NCBI GenBank assembly: GCA_964016885.1
Contig: OZ024742.1
Location: forward strand, 7,006,001 to 7,070,000
Length of the DNA: 64,000 bases
From: Eledone cirrhosa
Taxonomy: Eukaryota
Reading direction: 5' to 3'
In this document: positions 15,001-30,000 of the stretch, piece by piece
How positions within the stretch are numbered: the first letter of the stretch is position 1
Layout: every line of letters begins with the position of its first letter
Program-made: the position numbers and the translations under genes
The notes under the pieces: model-generated
The model's input: only the letters and a program-made list of their open reading frames with translations
Told to the model about the DNA's origin: nothing
Database searches by the model: none

Positions 15001-18000
15001 TACTGTCACCAACATCCAGTTCAGCTTCTCTTTTGTAATATACTGTCCCCAACATACAGTTCAGCCTCTCTCTGGTAATATACTGTCACCAACATGCAGT
15101 TCAGCCTCTCTCTGGTAATATACTCTGACCAACATCCAGTTCATCTTCTCTCTGGTAATATACTGTCACCAACATCCAGTTCAGCTTCTCTCTGGTAATA
15201 TACTCTCACCAACATCCAGTTCAGCTTCTCTCTGTTAATATACTGTCACCAACATCCAGTTCAGCTGCTCTCTGGTGATATACTGTCACCAACATCCAGT
15301 TCAGCTCCTCTCTGGTAATATACTGTCAGCACCATCCAGTTCAGCTTCTCTCTGGTAATATACTGTCACCAACATCCAGTTCAGCCTCTCTCTGGTAATA
15401 TACTGTCACCAACATCCAGTTCAGCAGCTCTTTGGTAATATACTGTCACTACCATTCAGTTGAGCCTCTCTCTGGTAATATACTGTTACCAACACCCAGT
15501 TCAGCTTCTCTCTGTTAATATACTGTCACCAACATCCAGTTAAGCTTCTCTCTGGTAATATACTGTCACCAACATCCAGTTCAGCCTTTCTCTGGTAATA
15601 TACTGTCACCAACATCCAGTTCAGCCACTCTGGTAATATACTGTCACCACCATCCAGTTCAGCCTCTCTCTGGTAATATACTGTCACAAACATCCAGTTC
15701 AGGCTCTCTCTGGTAATATACTGTCACTACCATCCAGTTCAGCCTCTCTCTGGTAATATACTGTCACCAACATCCAGTTCAGACTTTCTCTGGTAATATA
15801 CTGTCACCAACATCCAGTTCAGCCTCTCTCTGGTAATATACTGTCACCACCATCCAGTTCAGCCTCTCTCTGGTAATATACTGTCACAAACATACAGTTC
15901 AGCCTCTCTCTGGTAATATACTGTCACTACCATCCAGTTCAGCCTCTTTCTGGTAATATACTGTCACCAACATCCAGTTCAGCCTCTCTCTGGTAGCATA
16001 CTGTCACCACCATCCAGTTCAGCCTTTCTCTGGTAATATACTGTCACCAACATCCAGTTCAGCCTTTCTCTGGTAATATACTGTCACCAACATCCAGTTC
16101 AGCCTCTCTCTGGTAATATACTGTCACCACCATCCAGTTCAGCCTCTCTATGGTAATATACTGTCACCAACATCTAGTTCAGCCTCTTTCTGGTAATATA
16201 CTGTCACCAACATCCAGTTCAGCCTCTCTCTGGTAATATACTGTCACAAACATCCAGTTCAGCCTCTCTCTGGGAATATACTGTCACTACCATCCAGTTC
16301 AGCCTCTCTCTGGTAATATACCGTCACCAACATCTTGTTCAGCCTCTTTCTGGTAATATACTGTCACCAACATCCAGTTCAGCCTTTCTGTGGTAATATA
16401 CTGTCACCAACATGCAGTTCAGCCTCTCTCTGGTGATATACTGTCACCAACATCCAGTTCAGCTTCTCTCTGGTAATATACTGTCACCAACATACAGTTC
16501 AGCCTCTCTCTGGTAATATACTGTCACCAACATCTAGTTCAGCTTCTCTCTGGTAATATACTGTCACCAACATCTAGTTCAGCTTCTCTCTGGTGATATA
16601 CTGTCACCAACATGCAGTTCAGCCTCTCTCTGGTAATATACTGTCACCAACATGCAGTTCAGCCTCTCTCTGGTAATATACTCTCACCAACATCCAGTTC
16701 AGCTTCTCTCTGGTAATATACTGTCACCAACATCCAGTTCAGCTTCTCTCTGGTGATATACTGTCACCAACGTGCAGTTCAGCCTCTCTCTGTAAATATA
16801 CTGTCACCACCATCCAGTTCAGCCTCTCTCTGGTAATATACTGTCACAAACATCCAGTTCAGCCTCTCTCTGGTAATATACTGTCACTACCATCCAGTTC
16901 AGCCTCTCTCTGGTAATATACTGTCACCACCATCCAGTTCAGCCTCTCTCTGGTAATATACTGTCACAAACATCCAGTTCACCCTCTCTCTGGTAATATA
17001 CTGTCACTACCATACAGTTCAGCCTCTTTCTGGTAATATACTGTCACCAACATCCAGTTCAGCCTTTCTCTGGTAATATACTGTCACCAACATCCAGTTC
17101 AGCCTCTCTCATGTAACATACTGTCACCACCATCCAGTTCAGCCTCTCTCTGGTAATATGCCGTCACCAACATCTAGTTCAGCCTCTTTCTGGTAATATA
17201 CTGTCACCAACAGCCAGTTCAGCCTCTCTATGGTAATATACTGTCACCAACATCTAGTTCAGCCTCTTTCTGGTAATATACTGTCACCAACATCCAGTTC
17301 AGCCTTTCTCTGGTAATATACTGTCACCAACATCCAGTTCAGCCTCTCTCTGGTAATACACTGTCACAAACATCCAGTTCAGCCTCTCTCTGGGAATATA
17401 CTGTCACTACCATCCAGTTCAGCCTCTCTCTGGTAATATACGGTCACCAACATCTAGTTCAGCCTCTATCTGGTAATATACTGTCACCAACATCCAGTTC
17501 AGCCTTTCTCTGGTAATATACTGTCACCAACATCCAGTTCAGCCTCTCTCTGGTAACATACTGTCACCACCATCCAGTTCAGCCTCTCTCTGGTAATATA
17601 CCGTCACCAACATCTAGTTCAGCCTCTTTCTGGTAATATACTGTCACCAACATTCAGTTCAGCCTCTCTATGGTAATATACTGTCACCAACATCTAGTTC
17701 AGCCTCTTTCTGGTAATATACTGTCACCAACATCCCGTTCAGCCTTTCTCTGGTAATATACTGTCACCAACATCCAGTTCAGCCTCTCTCTGTTAATATA
17801 CTGTCACAAACATCCAGTTCAGCCTCTCTCTGGGAATATACTGTCACTACCATCCAGTTCAGCCTCTCTCTGGTGATATACTGTCACCAACATCTAGTTC
17901 AGCCTCTCTCTGGTAATATACTGTCACCAACATCCAGTTCAGCTTCACTCCGGTGATATAGGGTCACCAACATCCAGTTCAATTTCCCTCTGGTAATATA

Positions 18001-21000
18001 CTGTCACCAACATCCAGTTCAGCCTTTCTCTGGTAATATACTGTCACCAACATCCAGTTCAGACTTTCTCTGGTAATATACTGTCACTAACATCCAGTTC
18101 AGCCTCTCTCTGGTAATATACTGTCACAAACATCCAGTTCAGCCTCTCTCTGGTAATATACTGTCATTACCATCCAGTTCAGCCTCTTTCTGGTAATATA
18201 CTGTCACCAACATCCAGTTCAGCCTCTCTCTGGTAACATACTGTCACCACCATCCAGTTCAGCCTCTCTCTGGTAATATACTGTCACCACCATCCAGTTC
18301 AGCCTCTCTATGGTAATATACTGTCACCAACATCTAGTTCAGACTCTTTCTGGTAATATACTGTCACCAACATCCAGTTCAGCCTTTCTCTGGTAATATA
18401 CTGTCACCAACATCCAGTTCAGCCTCTCTCTGGTAATATACTGTCACAAACATCCAGTTCAGCCTCTCTCTGGGAATATACTGTCACTACCTTCCAGTTC
18501 AGCCTCTCTCTGGTAATATACCGTCACCAACATCTAGTTCAGCCTCTTTCTGGTAATATACTGTCACAAACATCCAGTTCAGCCTCTCTGTGGTAATATA
18601 CTGTCACCAACTTGCAGTTCAGCCTCTCTCTGGTGATATACTGTCACCAACATCCAGTTCAGCTTCTCTTTTGTAATATACTGTCACCAACATACAGTTC
18701 AGCCTCTCTCTGGTAATATACTGTCACCAACATGCAGTTCAGCCTCTCTCTGGTAATATACTCTGACCAACATCCAGTTCATCTTCTCTCTGGTAATATA
18801 CTGTCACCAACATCCAGTTCAGCTTCTCTCTGGTAATATACTCTCACCAACATCCAGTTCAGCTTCTCTCTGTTAATATACTGTCACCAACATCCAGTTC
18901 AGCTGCTCTCTGGTGATATACTGTCACCAACATCCAGTTCAGCTCCTCTCTGGTAATATACTGTCAGCACCATCCAGTTCAGCTTCTCTCTGGTAATATA
19001 CTGTCACCAACATCCAGTTCAGCCTCTCTCTGGTAATATACTGTCACCAACATCCAGTTCAGCAGCTCTTTGGTAATATACTGTCACTACCATTCAGTTG
19101 AGCCTCTCTCTGGTAATATACTGTTACCAACACCCAGTTCAGCTTCTCTCTGTTAATATACTGTCACCAACATCCAGTTAAGCTTCTCTCTGGTAATATA
19201 CTGTCACCAACATCCAGTTCAGCCTTTCTCTGGTAATATACTGTCACCAACATCCAGTTCAGCCACTCTGGTAATATACTGTCACCACCATCCAGTTCAG
19301 CCTCTCTCTGGTAATATACTGTCACAAACATCCAGTTCAGGCTCTCTCTGGTAATATACTGTCACTACCATCCAGTTCAGCCTCTCTCTGGTAATATACT
19401 GTCACCAACATCCAGTTCAGACTTTCTCTGGTAATATACTGTCACCAACATCCAGTTCAGCCTCTCTCTGGTAATATACTGTCACCACCATCGAGTTCAG
19501 CCTCTCTCTGGTAATATACTGTCACAAACATCCAGTTCAGCCTCTCTCTGGTAATATACTGTCACTACCATCCAGTTCAGCCTCTTTCTGGTAATATACT
19601 GTCACCAACATCCAGTTCAGCCTCTCTCTGGTAGCATACTGTCACCACCATCCAGTTCAGCCTCTCTCTGGTAATATACCGTCACCAACATCTAGTTCAG
19701 CCTCTTTCTGGTAATATACTGTCACCAACATCCAGTTCAGCCTTTCTCTGGTAATATACTGTCACCAACATCCAGTTCAGCCTCTCTCTGGTAATATACT
19801 GTCACCACCATCCAGTTCAGCCTCTCTATGGTAATATACTGTCACCAACATCTAGTTCAGCCTCTTTCTGGTAATATACTGTCACCAACATCCAGTTCAG
19901 CCTTTCTCTGGTAATATACTGTCACCAACATCCAGTTCAGCCTCTCTCTGGTAATATACTGTCACAAACATCCAGTTCAGCCTCTCTCTGGGAATATACT
20001 GTCACCACCATCGAGTTCAGCCTCTCTCTGGTAATATACCGTCACCAACATCTAGTTCAGCCTCTTTCTGGTAATATACTGTCACCAAGATCCAGTTCAG
20101 CCTCTCTGTGGTAATATACTGTCACCAACATGCAGTTCAGCTTCTCTCTGGTAATATACTGTCACCAACATACAGTTCAGCCTCTCTCTGGTAATATACT
20201 GTCACCAACATGCAGTTCAGCCTCTCTCTGGTAATATACTGTCACCAACACCCAGTTCAGCTTCTCTCTGTTAATATACCGTCACCAACATCCAGTTAAG
20301 CTTCTCTCTGGTAATATACTGTCACCAACATCCAGTTCAGCCTTTCTCTGGTAATATACTGTCACCAACATCCAGTTCAGCCACTCTGGTAATATACTGT
20401 CACCACCATCCAGTTCAGCCTCTCTCTGGTAATATACTGTCACAAACATCCAGTTCAGCCTCTCTCTGGTAATATACTGTCACTACCATCCAGTTCAGCC
20501 TCTTTCTGGTAATATACTGTCACCAACATCCAGTTCAGACTTTCTCTAGTAATATACTGTCACCAACATCCAGTTCAGCCTCTCTCTGGTAATATACTGT
20601 CACCACCATCCAGTTCAGCCTTTCTCTGGTAATATACTGTCACCAACATCCAGTTCAGCCTTTCTCTGGTAATATACTGTCACCAACATCCAGTTCAGCC
20701 TCTCTCTGGTAATATACTGTCACAAACATCCAGTTCAGCCTCTCTCTGGGAATATACTGTCACTACCTTCCAGTTCAGCCTCTCTCTGGTAATATACCGT
20801 CACCAACATCTAGTTCAGCCTCTTTCTGGTAATATACTGTCACAAACATCCAGTTCAGCCTCTCTGTGGTAATATACTGTCACCAACTTGCAGTTCAGCC
20901 TCTCTCTGGTGATATACTGTCACCAACATCCAGTTCAGCTTCTCTTTTGTAATATACTGTCACCAACATACAGTTCAGCCTCTCTCTGGTAATATACTGT

Positions 21001-24000
21001 CACCAACATGCAGTTCAGCCTCTCTCTGGTAATATACTCTGACCAACATCCAGTTCATCTTCTCTCTGGTAATATACTGTCACCAACATCCAGTTCAGCT
21101 TCTCTCTGGTAATATACTCTCACCAACATCCAGTTCAGCTTCTCTCTGTTAATATACTGTCACCAACATCCAGTTCAGCTGCTCTCTGGTGATATACTGT
21201 CACCAACATCCAGTTCAGCTCCTCTCTGGTAATATACTGTCAGCACCATCCAGTTCAGCTTCTCTCTGGTAATATACTGTCACCAACATCCAGTTCAGCC
21301 TCTCTCTGGTAATATACTGTCACCAACATCCAGTTCAGCAGCTCTTTGGTAATATACTGTCACTACCATTCAGTTGAGCCTCTCTCTGGTAATATACTGT
21401 TACCAACACCCAGTTCAGCTTCTCTCTGTTAATATACTTTCACCAACATCCAGTTAAGCTTCTCTCTGGTAATATACTGTCACCAACATCCAGTTCAGCC
21501 TTTCTCTGGTAATATACTGTCACCAACATCCAGTTCAGCCACTCTGGTAATATACTGTCACCACCATCCAGTTCAGCCTCTCTCTGGTAATATACTGTCA
21601 CAAACATCCAGTTCAGGCTCTCTCTGGTAATATACTGTCACTACCATCCAGTTCAGCCTCTCTCTGGTAATATACTGTCACCAACATCCAGTTCAGACTT
21701 TCTCTGGTAATATACTGTCACCAACATCCAGTTCAGCCTCTCTCTGGTAATATACTGTCACCACCATCGAGTTCAGCCTCTCTCTGGTAATATACTGTCA
21801 CAAACATCCAGTTCAGCCTCTCTCTGGTAATATACTGTCACTACCATCCAGTTCAGCCTCTTTCTGGTAATATACTGTCACCAACATCCAGTTCAGCCTC
21901 TCTCTGGTAGCATACTGTCACCACCATCCAGTTCAGCCTCTCTCTGGTAATATACCGTCACCAACATCTAGTTCAGCCTCTTTCTGGTAATATACTGTCA
22001 CCAACATCCAGTTCAGCCTTTCTCTGGTAATATACTGTCACCAACATCCAGTTCAGCCTCTCTCTGGTAATATACTGTCACCACCATCCAGTTCAGCCTC
22101 TCTATGGTAATATACTGTCACCAACATCTAGTTCAGCCTCTTTCTGGTAATATACTGTCACCAACATCCAGTTCAGCCTTTCTCTGGTAATATACTGTCA
22201 CCAACATCCAGTTCAGCCTCTCTCTGGTAATATACTGTCACAAACATCCAGTTCAGCCTCTCTCTGGGAATATACTGTCACCACCATCGAGTTCAGCCTC
22301 TCTCTGGTAATATACCGTCACCAACATCTAGTTCAGCCTCTTTCTGGTAATATACTGTCACCAAGATCCAGTTCAGCCTCTCTGTGGTAATATACTGTCA
22401 CCAACATGCAGTTCAGCTTCTCTCTGGTAATATACTGTCACCAACATACAGTTCAGCCTCTCTCTGGTAATATACTGTCACCAACATGCAGTTCAGCCTC
22501 TCTCTGGTAATATACTGTCACCAACACCCAGTTCAGCTTCTCTCTGTTAATATACCGTCACCAACATCCAGTTAAGCTTCTCTCTGGTAATATACTGTCA
22601 CCAACATCCAGTTCAGCCTTTCTCTGGTAATATACTGTCACCAACATCCAGTTCAGCCACTCTGGTAATATACTGTCACCACCATCCAGTTCAGCCTCTC
22701 TCTGGTAATATACTGTCACAAACATCCAGTTCAGCCTCTCTCTGGTAATATACTGTCACTACCATCCAGTTCAGCCTCTTTCTGGTAATATACTGTCACC
22801 AACATCCAGTTCAGACTTTCTCTAGTAATATACTGTCACCAACATCCAGTTCAGCCTCTCTCTGGTAATATACTGTCACCACCATCCAGTTCAGCCTTTC
22901 TCTGGTAATATACTGTCACCAACATCCAGTTCAGCCTTTCTCTGGTAATATACTGTCACCAACATCCAGTTCAGCCTCTCTCTGGTAATATACTGTCACC
23001 ACCATCCAGTTCAGCCTCTCTATGGTAATATACTGTCACCAACATCTAGTTCAGCCTCTTTCTGGTAATATACTGTCACCAACATCCAGTTCAGCCTCTC
23101 TCTGGTAATATACTGTCACAAACATCCAGTTCAGCCTCTCTCTGGGAATATACTGTCACTACCATCCAGTTCAGCCTCTCTCTGGTAATATACCGTCACC
23201 AACATCTTGTTCAGCCTCTTTCTGGTAATATACTGTCACCAACATCCAGTTCAGCCTCTCTGTGGTAATATACTGTCACCAACATGCAGTTCAGCCTCTC
23301 TCTGGTGATATACTGTCACCAACATCCAGTTCAGCTTCTCTCTGGTAATATACTGTCACCAACATACAGTTCAGCCTCTCTCTGGTAATATACTGTCACC
23401 AACATCTAGTTCAGCTTCTCTCTGGTAATATACTGTCACCAACATCTAGTTCAGCTTCTCTCTGGTGATATACTGTCACCAACATGCAGTTCAGCCTCTC
23501 TCTGGTAATATACTGTCACCAACATGCAGTTCAGCCTCTCTCTGGTAATATACTCTCACCAACATCCAGTTCAGCTTCTCTCTGGTAGTATACTGTCACC
23601 AACATCCAGTTCAGCTTCTCTCTGGTGATATACTGTCACCAACGTGCAGTTCAGCCTCTCTCTGTAAATATACTGTCACCACCATCCAGTTCAGCCTCTC
23701 TCTGGTAATATACTGTCACAAACATCCAGTTCAGCCTCTCTCTGGTAATATACTGTCACTACCATCCAGTTCAGCCTCTCTCTGGTAATATACTGTCACC
23801 ACCATCCAGTTCAGCCTCTCTCTGGTAATATACTGTCACAAACATCCAGTTCACCCTCTCTCTGGTAATATACTGTCACTACCATACAGTTCAGCCTCTT
23901 TCTGGTAATATACTGTCACCAACATCCAGTTCAGCCTTTCTCTGGTAATATACTGTCACCAACATCCAGTTCAGCCTCTCTCATGTAACATACTGTCACC

Positions 24001-27000
24001 ACCATCCAGTTCAGCCTCTCTCTGGTAATATGCCGTCACCAACATCTAGTTCAGCCTCTTTCTGGTAATATACTGTCACCAACAGCCAGTTCAGCCTCTC
24101 TATGGTAATATACTGTCACCAACATCTAGTTCAGCCTCTTTCTGGTAATATACTGTCACCAACATCCAGTTCAGCCTTTCTTTGGTAATATACTGTCACC
24201 AACATCCAGTTCAGCCTCTCTCTGGTAATACACTGTCACAAACATCCAGTTCAGCCTCTCTCTGGGAATATACTGTCACTACCATCCAGTTCAGCCTCTC
24301 TCTGGTAATATACGGTCACCAACATCTAGTTCAGCCTCTATCTGGTAATATACTGTCACCAACATCCAGTTCAGCCTCTCTGTGGTAATATACTGTCACC
24401 AACATCAAGTTCAGCCTCTCTCTGGTGATATACTGTCACCAACATCCAGTTCAGCTTCTCTCTGGTAATATACTGTCACCAACATCTAGTTCAGCCTCTC
24501 TCTGGTAATATACTGTCACCAACATCCAGTTCAGCTTCACTCCGGTGATATAGGGTCACCAACATCCAGTTCAATTTCCCTCTGGTAATATACTGTCACC
24601 AACATCCAGTTCAGCCTTTCTCTGGTAATATACTGTCACCAACATCCAGTTCAGCCTCTCTCTGGTAATATACTGTCACTACCATCCAGTTCAGCCTCTC
24701 TCTGGTAATATACTGTCACAAACATCCAGTTCAGCCTCTCTCTGGTAATATACTGTCACTACCATCCAGTTCAGCCTCTTTCTGGTAATATACTGTCACC
24801 AACATCCAGTTCAGACTTTCTCTGGTAATATACTGTCACTAACATCCAGTTCAGCCTCTCTCTGGTAATATACTGTCACAAACATCCAGTTCAGCCTCTC
24901 TCTGGTAATATACTGTCATTACCATCCAGTTCAGCCTCTTTCTGGTAATATACTGTCACCAACAACCAGTTCAGCCTCTCTCTGGTAACATACTGTCACC
25001 ACCATCCAGTTCAGCCTCTCTCTGGTAATATACTGTCACCACCATCCAGTTCAGCCTCTCTATGGTAATATACTGTCACCAACATCTAGTTCAGCCTCTT
25101 TCTGGTAATATACTGTCACCAACATCCAGTTCAGCCTTTCTCTGGTAATATACTGTCACCAACATCCAGTTCAGCCTCTCTCTGGTAATATACTGTCACA
25201 AACATCCAGTTCAGCCTCTCTCTGGGAATATACTGTCACTACCATCCAGTTCAGCCTCTCTCTGGTAATATACCGTCACCAACATCTAGTTCAGCCTCTT
25301 TCTGGTAATATACTGTCACCAACATACAGTTCAGCCTCTCTCTGGTAATATACTGTCACCAACATGCAGTTCAGCCTCTCTCTGGTAATATACTCTCACC
25401 AACATCCAGTTCATCTTCTCTCTGGTAATATACTGTCACCAACATCCAGTTCAGCTTCTCTCTGGTAATATACTCTCACCAACATCCAGTTCAGCTTCTC
25501 TCTGTTAATATACTGTCACCAACATCCAGTTCAGCTGCTCTCTGGTGATATACTGTCACCAACATCCAGTTCAGCTCCTCTCTGGTAATATACTGTCAAC
25601 ACCATCCAGTTCAGCTTCTCTCTGGTAATATACTGTCACCAACATCCAGTTCAGCCTCTCTCTGGTAATATACTGTCACCAACATCCCGTTCAGCAGCTC
25701 TTTGGTAATATACTGTCACTACCATTCAGTTGAGCCTCTCTCTGGTAATATACTGTCACCAACACCCAGTTCAGCTTCTCTCTGTTAATATACTGTCACC
25801 AACATCCAGTTAAGCTTCTCTCTGGTAATATACTGTCACCAACATCCAGTTCAGCCTTTCTCTGGTAATATACTGTCACCAACATCCAGTTCAGCCACTC
25901 TGGTAATATACTGTCACCACCATCCAGTTCAGCCTCTCTCTGGTAATATACTGTCACTACCATCCAGTTCAGCCTCTTTCTGGTAATATACTGTCACCAA
26001 CATCCAGTTCAGACTTTCTCTGGTAATATACTGTCACCAACATCCAGTTCAGCCTCTCTCTGGTAATATACTGTCACCACCATCCAGTTCAGCCTCTCTC
26101 TGGTAATATACTGTCACAAACATCCAGTTCAGCCTCTCTCTGGTAATATACTGTCACTACAATCCAGTTCAGCCTCTTTCTGGTAATATACTGTCACCAA
26201 CATCCAGTTCAGCCTCTCTCTGGTAACATACTGTCACCACCATCCAGTTCAGCCTCTCTCTGGTAATATACCGTCACCAACATCTAGTTCAGCCTCTTTC
26301 TGGTAATATACTGTCACCAACATCCAGTTCAGCCTTTCTCTGATAATATACTGTCACCAACATCCAGTTCAGCCTCTCTCTGGTAATATACTGTCACAAA
26401 CATCCAGTTCAGCCTCTCTCTGGTAATATACTGTCACCACCATCCAGTTCAGCCTCTCTATGGTAATATACTGTCACCAACATCTAGTTCAGCCTCTTTC
26501 TGGTAATATACTGTCACCAACATCCAGTTCAGCCTTTCTCTGGTAATATACTGTCACCAACATCCAGTTCAGCCTCTCTCTGGTAATATACTGTCACAAA
26601 CATCCAGTTCAGCCTCTCTCTGGGAATATACTGTCACTACCATCGAGTTCAGCCTCTTTCTGGTAATATACTGTCACCAACATCCAGTTCAGCCTCTCTG
26701 TGGTAATATACTGTCACCAACATGCAGTTCAGCCTCTCTCTGGTGATATACTGTCACCATCATCCAGTTCAGCTTCTCTCTGGTAATATACTGTCACCAA
26801 CATACAGTTCACCCTCTCTCTGGTAATATACTGTCACCAACATGCAGTTCAGCCTCTCTGGTAATATACTCTCACCAACATCCAGTTCATCTTCTCTCTG
26901 GTAATATACTGTCACCAACATCCAGTTCAGCTTCTCTCTGGTAATATACTCTCACCAACATCCAGTTCAGCTTCTCTCTGTTAATATACTGTCACCAACA

Positions 27001-30000
27001 TCCAGTTCAGCTGCTCTCTGGTGATATACTGTCACCAACATCCAGTTCAGCTCCTCTCTGGTAATATACTGTCAACACCATCCAGTTCAGCTTCTCTCTG
27101 GTAATATACTGTCACCAACATCCAGTTCAGCCTCTCTCTGGTAATATACTGTCACCAACATCCAGTTCAGCAGCTCTTTGGTAATATACTGTCACTACCA
27201 TTCAGTTGAGCCTCTTTCTGGTAATATACTGTCACCAACACCCAGTTCAGCTTCTCTCTGTTAATATACTGTCACCAACATCCAGTTAAGCTTCTCTCTG
27301 GTAATATACTGTCACCAACATCCAGTTCAGCCTTTCTCTGGTAATATACTGTCACCACCATCCAGTTCAGCCTCTCTCTGGTAATATACTGTCACAAACA
27401 TCCAGTTCAGCCTCTCTCTGGTAATATACTGTCACTACCATCCAGTTCAGCCTCTTTCTGGTAATATACTGTCACCAACATCCAGTTCAGACTTTCTCTG
27501 GTAATATACTGTCACCAACATCCAGTTCAGCCTCTCTCTGGTAATATACTGTCACCACCATCCAGTTCAGCCTCTCTCTGGTAATATACTGTCACAAACA
27601 TCCAGTTCAGCCTCTCTCTGGTAATATACTGTCACTACCATCCAGTTCAGCCTCTTTCTGGTAATATACTGTCACCAACATCCAGTTCAGACTTTCTCTG
27701 GTAATATACTGTCATCAACATCCAGTTCAGCCTCTCTCTGGTAACATACTGTCACCACCATCCAGTTCAGCCTCTCTCTGGTAATATATCGTCACCAACA
27801 TCTAGTTCAGCCTCTTTCTGGTAATATACTGTCACCAACATCCAGTTCCGCCTTTCTCTGGTAATATACTGTCACCAACATCCAGTTCAGCCTCTCTCTG
27901 GTAATATACTGTCAACACCATCCAGTTCAGCCTCTCTATGGTAATATACTGTCACCAACATCTAGTTCAGCCTCTTTCTGGTAATATACTGTCACAAACA
28001 TCCAGTTCAGCCTTTCTCTGGTAATATACTGTCACCAACATCCAGTTCAGCCTCTCTCTGGTAATATACTGTCACAAACATCCAGTTCAGCCTCTCTCTG
28101 GGAATATACTGTCACTACCATCCAGTTCAGCCTCTCTCTGGTAATATACCGTCACCAACATCTAGTTCAGCCTCTTTCTGGTAATATACTGTCACCAACA
28201 TCCAGTTCAGCCTCTCTGTGGTAATATACTGTCACCAACATGCAGTTCAGCCTCTCTCTGGTGATATACTGTCACCAACATCCAGTTCAGCTTCTCTCTG
28301 GTAATATACTGTCACCAACATACAGTTCAGCCTCTCTCTGGTAATATACTGTCACCAACATCTAGTTCAGCATCTCTCTGGTAATATACTGTCACCAACA
28401 TCCAGTTCAGCTTCTCTCTGGTGATATACTGTCACCAACATGCAGTTCAGCCTCTCTCTGGTAATATACTGTCACCAACATGCAGTTCAGCCTCTCTCTG
28501 GTAATATACTCTCACCAACATCCAGTTCAGCTTCTCTCTGGTAATATACTGTCACCAACATCCAGTTCAGCTTCTCTCTGGTGATATACTGTCACCAACG
28601 TGCAGTTCAGCCTCTCTCTGGTAACATACTGTGACCAACATGCAGTTCAGCCTCTCTCTGGTAATATACTCTCACCAACATCCAGTTCAGCTTCTCTCTG
28701 GTAATATACTGTCACAAACATCCAGTTCAGCCTCTCTCTGGTAATATACTGTCACTACTATCCAGTTCAGCCTCTCTCTGGTAATATACCGTCACCAACA
28801 TCCAGTTCAGCCTGTCTCTGGTAATATACTGTCACCAACATCCAGTTCAGCCTCTCTCTGGTAATATACTGTCACCAACATCCAGTTCAGCCTCTCTCTG
28901 GTAATATACTCTCACCACCATCCAGTTCAGCTTCTCTCTGGTAATATACTGTCACCAACATCCAGTTCAGCTTCTTTCTGGTAATATACTGTCACTACCA
29001 TCCAGTTCAGCCTCTCTCTGGTAATATACCTTCACCTACATCCAGTTCGGCCTCTCTCTGGTAATATACTGTCACCAACATCCAGTCCACACTCTCTCTG
29101 GTGATATAGTGTCACCACCATCCAGTTCAGCCTCTGTCTGGTAATATACTGTCACCAACATCCAGTTCAGCCTCTCTCTGGTAGTATACTGTCACCAACA
29201 TCCAGTTCAGCTTCTCTCTGGTAATATACTGTCACCAACATCCAGTTCAGCTTCTCTCTGGTGATATACTGTCACCAACATCCAGTTCAGCTTCTCTCTG
29301 GTAATATACTGTCACCAACATACAGTTCAGCCTCTCACTCGTAATATACTGTCACCAACATCCAGTTCAGCCTCTCTCTGGTGATATACTGTCACCAACA
29401 TCCAGTTCAGCTTCTCTCTGGTAATATACTGTCACCAACATACAGTTCAGCCTCTCACTCGTAATATACTGTCACCAACATCCAGTTCAGCCTCTCTCTG
29501 GTGATATACTGTCACCAACATCCAGTTCAGCTTCTCTCTGGTGATATACTCTCACCAACATGAAGTTCAGCTTCTCTCTGGTGATATACTGTCAAAAACA
29601 TCCTGTTCAGCTTCTCTCTGGTAATATACTGTTACCACGATCCAGTTCAGTTTCTCTCTGTTAATATACTGTCACCAACATCCATTTCAACTTCTCTCTG
29701 GTAATATACTGTCACCAACACCCAGTTCAGCTTCTGTCTGTTAATATACTGTCACCAACACACAGTTCAGCTTCTCTGTGGTGATATACTGTCACCAACA
29801 TCCAGTTCAGCTTCTCTCTGGTAATATACTGTCACCAACATCCAGTTCAGCCTCTCTCTGGTAATATACCGTCACCAACATCTAGTTCAGCCTCTTTCTG
29901 GTAATATACTGTCACAAACATCCAGTTCAGCCTCTCTCTGGTAATATACTGTCACTACTATCCAGTTCAGCCTCTCTCTGGTAATATACCGTCACCAACA

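Noticed and set aside
24182-24388. 68-aa ORF in the satellite
   Set aside because: Chance stop-free stretch of a 40-bp (non-triplet) repeat.
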